From assembly GCA_013416795.1 (NCBI GenBank), contig RQSC01000808.1, positions 77,904 through 102,281 on the forward strand: a DNA stretch of 24,378 bases, read 5' to 3'. Positions 7,495 through 15,412 of this stretch are shown piece after piece; the first letter of the stretch is position 1; each line of letters opens with the position of its first letter. The notes beneath the pieces are model-generated. The model had not been told where the DNA came from. It worked only from the letters and a program-made list of their open reading frames with translations, and ran no database searches. The stretch comes from Prasinococcaceae sp. CCMP 1430. Lineage: Eukaryota > Plantae > Prasinodermophyta. A program made the translations under genes and the position numbers.

Positions 7495-9288
7495 ATGGCG
7501 GCGACGTGGGTGTCGCAGTCGCAGCGCAAGGTTGGCCGCCGGCGCGAGTTTTACCTGGTGGCGAGCGATGGCTCGGTGGCGCTCGCCGGGCTGGGCATCG
7601 ACCGTGACGGCCGCGGTCACTACACGTACTCCGCCGCAGGCATCACGGCGGGCGCTGCGGCACGCTCCGCTGTGCCCGCGGTCACCAACATCGCCGGCAT
7701 GCAGAAGATGCTCGCAGCGTATCTCGGCGCCGATGCGAGGGCGGCCCTGGCGGCAAGCCCGGAGGCCGTGATGCCAGGCGCGGCGGCCGCCGCGGAGGGA
7801 GCACGCGCAAACGAGCGTGCGCAGAAGCGCGGCGGTGCCGCGGGGGGCGGCAGCGGAGCACGGCCGCGCGCCGCGCAACATGCAGCTGCGAGCGGCGAGC
7901 ACGCGGTGCCCGGTGTGCCGCAACCACCGCCGCCAGCCGAGCGGGCGCAGGTGCCGCCGGGCGGCTACGACGCGTGGCGTGAGCAGAAGGGACTGACGCT
8001 GGATGGGCGCATCACAAAGGCCTACTTTCTGTCGGCCGGCGGTGGCCGTGCGTCCAGCGAGAGGCTGGTGGTTGTGGGTGTCGAGGGAGCGCGCAAGGAC
8101 AAGCACTACATCTACACCGTTGTGGACGACCTCGGAGGCCTGTTGCCGCCGCTCGATACGGCCAACAACGGCCGTCTGGTCAAAGAGTACCTCGATCATG
8201 TGCTCACGTGGGTGCCTGGCGAAGCGATGCGTGCGTTGGCGCCCAGGGGCGCGCGAGCTGTGGCGGGGGTTGTCTCTTCACTGCACAGTGGTGGCGGTGG
8301 CGGCAGTGGGACGCAGGCGGCAAGCGGCCGCGGACGTGGCCGCGCTCGCGCCGGTGCGCGGGCGCCGCTCGAGCTGGACCATCTCGATGCGCCAGTGGAG
8401 GGCAAGCGGCGGCGCGTGCAAGCACAGTTCTACGACCCGTCCATGGTGCGCACGCGCGCGAGTGCGCACCCACGCCCGCTTGCCGGATCCTCCACTCGTC
8501 TCGCCACCCCATGCGCAAGCTGACCATGCCTAATCCGCGCTTGCTCGCGCACGCTCTCTGCTTCTGCGCCCTCGCAGGACGAGGGGCGTGGCGCGCATAG
8601 GGCGACCGTGAGCGGTACGCGCGAGGCAGCCGCTCTGGCCGGGGGTGGGACGCACGGCAGAGCGGCCGGTAGTGGCGGTGGCCGCTCGCGGTCGGGCACG
8701 CGCGATGGAGGCAGTTCGCGAGCACGAGCAAACACCACCGCCGGAGCGCACCCGCATCTGCCGCAGCCTGACACATCCTCGTGGGTTGCCGGCACACACG
8801 TGCTGCACCCGGGCATGCAGGCGTGGCTGTGCGCACCCGCTAGCGGCATTGCCGACGCTGCAGGTGCGGCCGGCACGGGCGCGGCTGCGGTTGATGGGTC
8901 GGAGCTCTCGGCCTTGCGTTCGCACGTCAAAGTGCTCAGCGCGATGATCGTGCTCGACGACGACCACGTCGACCGCGCAACACTCGGCGGGGTGAGCGTG
9001 TCCACGGTCAAGGAAGTCAAGGCAGTGCTCCAGTCGCTGCTGAATGCGCCTCGAGTGCCGACTCTGGCGACCTTCGAGGCGAGCGGCATTGCGCGCCCTG
9101 TGGCTGCGCTGCGCACGCACCCAGGGCCGGGTATCGCCGCGCTCGCCGAGGCGCTCAGCAGGCGCTGGGCGACTGCAGTCGACGAGGTCGCGTCGGCCAT
9201 CATGCGGGAGCCCGCCAAGCTCCTTACAGGTCACTGCTTCGAACCGGCGCAGGAGCAGCGCGGCGTGCGCTGGGACCCGTACGCATGA
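7495..9288 (+). CDS. Uncharacterised 553-aa nuclear-type protein: two copies of a beta-rich module at the N-terminus, TFIIS N-terminal (LW/Med26)-like domain at the C-terminus; exons 7495..8445 and 8578..9288
   Basis: ATG at 7495 (MAATWVSQ). A phase-0 intron fuses ORFs 7438..8523 and 8608..9288. TLATFEASGIARPVAALRTHPGPGIAALAEALSRRW matches the TFIIS-N pattern T...L..TGIGK.V..LRKH...I...A..L...W. Confidence 0.75.
8446..8577 (+). other. Spliceosomal intron (132 bp, phase 0)
   Basis: ATG|GTGCGC...GCTGAC (8519-8524)...CGCAG|GAC; removal skips the in-frame stop at 8521-8523. Confidence 0.85.
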
Positions 9289-9950
9289 GGGCGCCTCCGC
9301 CGAGCCGCGCGCGGGCCGCGCGGCGCGTATAATACACTTGGCCTCCGAGCCTCGCATCGTGTCACCCCACCCCACTTCACCTCACCCCGCCCCGACCCGG
9401 CCCCCAGAGGGCTAGAATAGGGGCGCACGATGCACCACCACGCACACAGGCGCGCCCGCACCCGCACCCTCCCGCCCGCCCGCCTGCGCGCCGCGCCCCC
9501 CTTCGTGTTGGGCGGGTTCGGGAGGTTAACCCTCTTTCCGAACCCCAATGACGCGCGCACGGGCGCAGCGCGAGGGCGCGCCACGCGGCCGGAAGGAAGG
9601 CGCGTCGGCGGCATCGCAGCGGGCCCTCGTCAGCGCTCGAGAGAGCGAGGGAGTGGCCGGGCCGCCACAGCGCGTGCGAGGCGCGCGCGCGGCAGCCGGG
9701 GGATGGCCTTCATCCGCTCGAAGAGCTCCAGCTGCTCGGCGGTGGCCTTCTTCTGGTACCCCCTTTTCCCCCCCCAATGCGCGCGCTCGATGCGCCGCCT
9801 GCACCAACACCCCCCTTATTAACACGCAGCTGCCGCTCTGCGCGCGCGCGCCGAACCAACCGACTCCGAGGGCCTTTTCCCCCCTTCCCCTTCCGCCGCG
9901 CGCGGGGCGGCGCGCGGGCCCAGATTTCGTTGGAAACCGACGGCACGCGT

Positions 9951-9984
9951 CGCGCGCGCGCGCGCGCGCGCGCGCGCGCGCGCG
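9951..9984. repeat. Perfect (CG)17 microsatellite, intergenic
   Basis: Read directly from the sequence. Confidence 0.95.
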
Positions 9985-10371
9985 TCCCCGGACAGATCCA
10001 GAGGGAAGTTGGGGTAGGGTCTGTGATGAGGATGCATATTGATGAGAAACACAAGCCGGCGCGGTGCTTTGAGGTTGGGGTTGGATTGGAGCGTTCGCCA
10101 GGCCTCGTCGCAGGGCAGACTGCCAGATCGAGATCGGTGCGCCTGCTGAACCCAACGCCACACCCAGCAGCAACTGACGCCGAATTCGATAAGGATCCTG
10201 TGTCGATCGGGATTTTTTGGGGCTCGGTTTCAGTCTCGGGAAGCCGCCAATTGGATGGGAAAGCCCGGAAAAGGCTCGCGCGCCGGCGTTTCGGCGCGCG
10301 CGCGCGAACCCGAGCGCCCGTGCATGCGAAAAAGCCTTCGTTCGGATGCCGAAAATGGAGTCTCCCGTCAG

Positions 10372-10381
10372 TATATTATAT
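10372..10381 (+). promoter_or_regulatory. AT-only patch TATATTATAT, possible TATA-like element about 205 nt upstream of the M32 ATG
   Basis: Rare pure A/T stretch in a very GC-rich background; its function is inferred from position only. Confidence 0.3.
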
Positions 10382-10585
10382 GTAAAAGTGATTTGCACAT
10401 GCGCGGAAAATGTGTGTGTTCGCGTGCGTGTGTTTCGCTGACGCGTTCGTCCCCGAGGTCGAGGGCGCGCGGGGGCACCCCACCCACACGGCGCGCGCCG
10501 CGGCGCGGGCGCCGATCGTGACCCATCCCCCCGGCCCTTCCCCCCCTCCCCGCCCCCTCGCGGCTGAGAGGGCCGAGGCGTCGCC

Positions 10586-12248
10586 ATGGCGGCGGCGGCG
10601 CCCGCCGAGGCGTACGCCGGCCTGAAGACCGAGCTCGAGGAGATCGCCTCGCTGAGCGGGATCGAGGGACTGTTGCACTGGGACCAAGCGAGCATGATGC
10701 CGCCGGGCGCGCAGGAGCTGCGCGGCAAGCAGATGGCGGCGCTCGCCGGCGTGGTGCACGCTCGCAAGACCTCGGTCAAGCTGGGTGAGCTCATCGCTGC
10801 GTGCGGCGGTGCCGAGGCGGACGCGGCCGCGCTGGGGGAGGGCGCCTGCGAGTTCGACGCTGCCAACGTGCGGCGCGCGCACGAGGACTACCGCCGCGCC
10901 TCCCGCGTCCCCGCGGAGATGGCGAAGCGCGAGGCTGAGCTCAGCGCGGCCGGCTACGCTGCCTGGATGAAGGCGCGTGAGGAGAACGACTGGCCAACCT
11001 TCAGCCCCATCCTGAAGGAGGTGCGAGCGCGCGGCGCGCTGGCGCACGCTGGCCGCGTGTGCACTCGCGCTGGCGCACATGCGCTGACCGTCCGGACCTA
11101 TCATCACGACACAGTGGATTGCGCTCGTGCGCGAGCGCTGCGCGCTCGTTTGGCCGGAGCTGCCCGCCTACGACGCCGCCCTGAGCGACTACGAGCGTGG
11201 GCTCACCAAGGAGAGGCTTGACGAGATCTTCCCCCCCATTCGCGATGCCGTGAGCGCGCTGGTCAGCGAGGTGTACGCCGCCGCAGAGGAGAAGGGCGGT
11301 CCGGTGGCGCTTGGCGCACGCGCGTCGGTGCTCGCCGGCGAGTTTGATGCAGACAAGCAGGCGGCGCTCAGCAAGGAGGTGGCATTGGCCATGGGCTTTG
11401 ATGAGAAGTTCGGCAGGCTCGACGTGAGTGCGCATCCGTTCACCGGCGGTGCTGGCCCGCAGGACACGCGCATGACCACGCGCTACAAGAGCGAGGACCT
11501 CTCTGAAGGGCTCACCGGCACCATCCACGAGACCGGCCACGCGCTCTACGAGCAAGGCCGCAACGCAAAGTACACCGGCCAGCCCGTGTCGGCAGCGCAC
11601 AGCATGGGCATTCACGAGAGCCAGTCGCTCCTGTGGGAGCGCATGGTGGCGCTCAGCCCCCAATTCAGTGAGTTCCTCCTCCCCAAGCTGGCCGCATCCT
11701 TCGGCAGCCACTTCGACGGGGTGACGCCCGAGCAACTACACGCCTCCTTCAACCTCGTGAAGCGCCCGAGCCTCATTCGCGTCGAGGCAGACGAGCTGAC
11801 GTATCCCCTGCACGTCATATTGCGCTACGAGCTGGAGTGCGGACTCATGGACGGCTCCATCGAGGTCGACGACTTGCCCAAGCTGTGGAACGAGAAAATG
11901 GAGGCGATGCTCGGTTGTGTCCCCGAGAGCGATTCGAAGGGCGTGCTTCAGGACGTCCATTGGTCCGCAGGGGCCATCGGATACTTCCCCACGTATCTGC
12001 TGGGTGCCGCCTACGCGTGCCAGATCTTCGATTACGCGCGCTCGCAGTTGCCCGGCCTCGAGGAGGAGCTCGTGAAGGGCGAGTTCTCACGCCTCCGCGA
12101 ATGGCTGCGCACCAACGTGCACGAGCTGGGCTCCAAGTTTGACACTGCTGATGAGCTGCTCATCGCTGTGACCGGCGAGCCCCTGAAGCCGGACGCCTTC
12201 ATTGGGTATCTGACCACCAAGTACCGCGCGTTGTACGGCCTGTCTTGA
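10586..12248 (+). CDS. Metallocarboxypeptidase of family M32 (carboxypeptidase Taq/Pfu type), 522 aa; exons 10586..11020 and 11115..12248
   Basis: LHWDQASMMPPG, HPFT, TRMTTRY, the zinc motif HETGH (11526-11540), HESQS, IRVEADELTYPLHVILRYELE, QDVHWSAGAIGYFPTY. A phase-0 intron restores PILKE|WIALVRER. Confidence 0.95.
11021..11114 (+). other. Spliceosomal intron (94 bp, phase 0) in the M32 gene
   Basis: GAG|GTGCGA...GCTGAC (11083-11088)...ACAG|TGG; removal joins ORFs 10586 and 11127. Confidence 0.9.
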
Positions 12249-12306
12249 GGAGGGCATCGGCGCGGATACACCCAGGGAGGCGCGGTCATTTCTTACGTAA
12301 GAACCA

Positions 12307-13542
12307 TCACGCTCGCTTTACTCGCTCTCGGCGCGCTCGAATGAGTCTCTCAACGCACGCCTCCGGAGGCGACCACATCCTCATGCCTACGGCGCCGAGA
12401 ATCTGGCGCAGCGCGCCTCCACCGAAGCGCGCCCATGCGACAAGCAGCGCGATTGCTAGCGCACGCGCGGCGGGCAACGTCCAAAGCGAGCCCCAAGCGG
12501 CTGAGAATGCGAGCGGCACGAGGGCTACCACGCCCGGCTCCCAGGCGTCCGCTGGGAGCTTGCACACGTCCTTGACTATAACCTTGTTGCACTGGTGACT
12601 GAAGGACAGTGTGAGGAGCGCGAGCAGCTCAAGCGGGTGCTCCTGCCCGAAAGGCGACAAGTGCATGACAGCGACACTCGACAGAAGTACAACCATGGCC
12701 CCAAGTTCGCGCGCCGCGCCCTCATATCGCTGGTTTGAGCAAGAGACGCGACGCACACCCTCGATTGCATTGCGCAGTGGTCCCGCCAGGCCAGCCAGGC
12801 AGACAACGTCGGCGACCACCACCGTGCGAGCAGCGCTCGCGATGGGCTGCGGCAGCACGCCGAGCAGCGGTCCAGGCAGAGGCAGGGGCGCCACGAAGAA
12901 ACTCGCGCCACACACGAACCCCACGACGCCGATGGCCATCGCGAGGAACTGCGACTCGGTGGTGCCCACCGGCCAGCGCAGCGGTCCGCAGTGGCGCGCC
13001 TCCCAGTAAGCGACGTACGTCGCGAGCAGCCCCACGGCGAGCGACAGGGCGAGGCGCACGCCGGCGCCGAGCGAGGCCATCGAGAACGTCGCCACGAAGA
13101 AGTGCGGCCACGTGAAGGCGTCGCACCCATGGTCCCAAAGGCAACCCACGGGTGAGCCGCAGCCCAGCGCACGCGCGTGCTTGCCGTCCACCGCATCAAG
13201 CGTTTGGTATGCGAAGAAGGCCGCGGGGATGGCGAGCAGCACCCACGGTGGAAGCGCGCCCGCGGCCTCAGCAGCGGCGCAGTCAACGCCGGGGCAGTAC
13301 ACTACGGCCAGCACGCCCGCCAGTAGCGTGAAGAGGTTTCCCGCCGCGGTGACCGTGTTTGGATGGACGAACGGTGGCACACGCGCGGCTGCGGCCTCCC
13401 AGAAGGGCGTCATGAACATGCGGTCGAGCCACCCCTCCATCTCGCTGCGGTGTTCGTACGAGGCGAGCGCACGGAGCGCATCCTCGCCGAGCGGCCCACG
13501 CGCAGCGCTCTCTCGCGCCGCACTGCGGGTAAGGGTGCCCAT
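12307..13542 (-). CDS. AAPT: CDP-alcohol phosphatidyltransferase (choline/ethanolamine phosphotransferase, AAPT/CEPT type), 411 aa
   Basis: Family motif DAVDGKHARALGCGSPVGCLWDHGCD, the PNTVTAAG segment and several hydrophobic helices. Likely ATG at 13542 (MGTLTRSAA); the upstream part of ORF 12307..13938 overlaps the neighbouring gene and is probably spurious. Confidence 0.9.
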   Translation of the reverse strand: MGTLTRSAARESAARGPLGEDALRALASYEHRSEMEGWLDRMFMTPFWEAAAARVPPFVHPNTVTAAGNLFTLLAGVLAVVYCPGVDCAAAEAAGALPPWVLLAIPAAFFAYQTLDAVDGKHARALGCGSPVGCLWDHGCDAFTWPHFFVATFSMASLGAGVRLALSLAVGLLATYVAYWEARHCGPLRWPVGTTESQFLAMAIGVVGFVCGASFFVAPLPLPGPLLGVLPQPIASAARTVVVADVVCLAGLAGPLRNAIEGVRRVSCSNQRYEGAARELGAMVVLLSSVAVMHLSPFGQEHPLELLALLTLSFSHQCNKVIVKDVCKLPADAWEPGVVALVPLAFSAAWGSLWTLPAARALAIALLVAWARFGGGALRQILGAVGMRMWSPPEACVERLIRARRERVKRA

Positions 13543-13731
13543 GTGTCCTCCCACTCTCACACCCCACCCATCCACCGACCCACCCCACCCCACCCCACCT
13601 GCCACTGCCGCCGCCGCATGTGCGCTGTCTGCCGCGACTGCCGGCAAAGGCAAACGCTCGACGAGCATAGTGATCCGCTGCGTTCCCGCTCGCCACACCG
13701 CCGCGTCTTCCCGGCTGCCGGCAGGCGCACC
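13543..13731. promoter_or_regulatory. 189-bp head-to-head intergenic region (candidate bidirectional promoter) with CACCC-rich tract at about 13559-13599
   Basis: Lies between the divergent ATGs at 13542 (-) and 13732 (+). Confidence 0.6.
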
Positions 13732-15270
13732 ATGGCGCCCACCGTGGCGGCACGGGCGGCAGGGCGCGCGCCCGCGCGGCGAGAGCGCGCGCAGACGCGG
13801 GACTTGGGGGCACGGCGGCGGCAGCGGGCGGGTCGCATGAGCGCCAGCGGCGTCAATGTTGTCGGCGGCAATGCCGGCGACGCTGCCGACGTCGCTGGCG
13901 GCGCCGTCGACGCACTCCGCGTGGTGCTCGTACGCCACGGCGAGTCGACATGGAATGCCGCCGGGCGCATCCAGGGCTCCTCAGACTACTCCGTGCTCAC
14001 CGAGAAGGGGCGCGCGCAGGCGGCGGCCTCCGCCGAGGCCGTCGCCGGTGCGCGTGTCGATGCGCTCTATGCATCGCCGCTGGCACGCGCGAGGGAGACC
14101 GCCGACATCGTGTGGGGCGACGGACGCGAGCGCAGCGAGGATGGGCGCGCGGTCGCAACCATTGTGGATGAGCTGCGTGAGATCGATCTGTACGCATTCC
14201 AGGGCCTGCTGAAGGCCGAGGGCAAGGAGCGCTTCGGCGCGCGCTACCGTGCGTGGCAGGCGACACCCGCCGACTTCGAGGTCGACGGGCACTACCCAGT
14301 GCGCGAGCTCTGGGCGCGCGCGGAGGGCGCGTGGGCGGCGCTACTCGCCGACGCGCGTGCGCGACCGGGCGCGCGCGTTGTGCTTTGCGTGGCCCATAAC
14401 GCGGTCAACCAGGCGCTGCTCGCGACAGCGCTGGGGCTCGGCCCCGAGCGCTTTCGCACGCTGCTGCAGAGCAACGCGGCGCTCACCGTAGTGGACTTCG
14501 ACTTCGAGTGCGGCAGCGCAGGCGAGGGCGCGGATGTGGGCGTTGGTGCCAGCGTGGGCGCGCGCGTTCGTGTGGATAGACACAACCAAACTCCATCGCT
14601 GCCTTTGGGTGCAGGCGCGGGTGGCACCGGCGCGCGCGTCGTGCTCGTCGCGAGCACGGAGGGGACCGAGGCTGCGGGCACGGGCGAGGGCGCGCAATGC
14701 GGCGAGTCAGAGCGCGCGGCGGCGCTAGCTCGCGCGCTCGCGCGTACGGGTGTACGCGCAGTTCTTGCGCCGAGCGCACCTGGCGGCATCGCTCGACGCA
14801 CCGCTGCGGCGATTGCCGACGCGGCATCGGGTGTGGACGTCACGGAGGTTCTCGAACTCAACGAGCCCGACTGCCTTGAGGGTGCCGAGGACGCACAGGA
14901 GGTAGCGTGGTCCGCAGCGTGCGCGGCAGCGGTGACGATACGCACCGCGGCCGCACGCGCCGAGGCGGCCGCCTCTCAAGGCGACTTGGGCGGCGAGGAA
15001 GAGGCCGGCTCTGTCACTGTAGTCGCCGTGGTGGAGCGGCCCGCGCTGGCGGCCGCCGCGCTTTGTGCGGTTCTCGGACTGCCACGCGCCACGGCGGGCA
15101 TGTTGTCCGTGCGCGCGGGCGCCATGAGCGTCGTGGACTTTCCGGACGGCGCGGCAGCGGCCACGGAGGGCGAGCAGAAACGTGTGGTGCTGCGCGCGAC
15201 CAACTACTGCGCGCACCTGGGCGGGTCGGCGGCGAGCATCGACGTCGATCGGCCGCCGCACGACGGCTGA
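13732..15270 (+). CDS. Histidine phosphatase (phosphoglycerate mutase family), 2-carboxy-D-arabinitol-1-phosphatase-like, two PGM domains with the second degenerate; 512 aa with putative plastid transit peptide
   Basis: RHGESTWNAAGRIQGSSD, LREIDLYAFQGLLK, GHYPVRELW, AHNAVNQALLA, LLQSN and the C-terminal SVVDFPDG...RATNYCAHLG closely match my recollection of plant CA1Pase. The N-terminus is Arg/Ala-rich and nearly free of acidic residues (MAPTVAARAAGRAPARR). Confidence 0.85.
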   Translation: MAPTVAARAAGRAPARRERAQTRDLGARRRQRAGRMSASGVNVVGGNAGDAADVAGGAVDALRVVLVRHGESTWNAAGRIQGSSDYSVLTEKGRAQAAASAEAVAGARVDALYASPLARARETADIVWGDGRERSEDGRAVATIVDELREIDLYAFQGLLKAEGKERFGARYRAWQATPADFEVDGHYPVRELWARAEGAWAALLADARARPGARVVLCVAHNAVNQALLATALGLGPERFRTLLQSNAALTVVDFDFECGSAGEGADVGVGASVGARVRVDRHNQTPSLPLGAGAGGTGARVVLVASTEGTEAAGTGEGAQCGESERAAALARALARTGVRAVLAPSAPGGIARRTAAAIADAASGVDVTEVLELNEPDCLEGAEDAQEVAWSAACAAAVTIRTAAARAEAAASQGDLGGEEEAGSVTVVAVVERPALAAAALCAVLGLPRATAGMLSVRAGAMSVVDFPDGAAAATEGEQKRVVLRATNYCAHLGGSAASIDVDRPPHDG

Positions 15271-15412
15271 GCGCGCATGCCGGAGTCCTCCGATGAACAG
15301 CGCGGACAGCAAAACGAGTAATCTCAGCCCATTTGTTGCTGTGTGTTACCAAGCGGGTGCGTGCGGGTATGGGCAGCGCGCGCTCTATCTCTACTGGCCT
15401 CGCGCGCGCAAT

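Noticed and set aside
9231-9614. ORF 9231..9614 (-) as a stand-alone gene
   Set aside because: Only the first 40 or so residues look protein-like; the rest is low-complexity and overlaps the 3' end of the opposite-strand gene. Kept only as context for the neighbouring finding.
532-15270. A carbon or phosphate metabolic gene cluster (SS4, phosphate carrier, AAPT, CA1Pase-like)
   Set aside because: The genes act in different compartments and pathways and are interspersed with unrelated genes; nothing in the sequence supports functional clustering.
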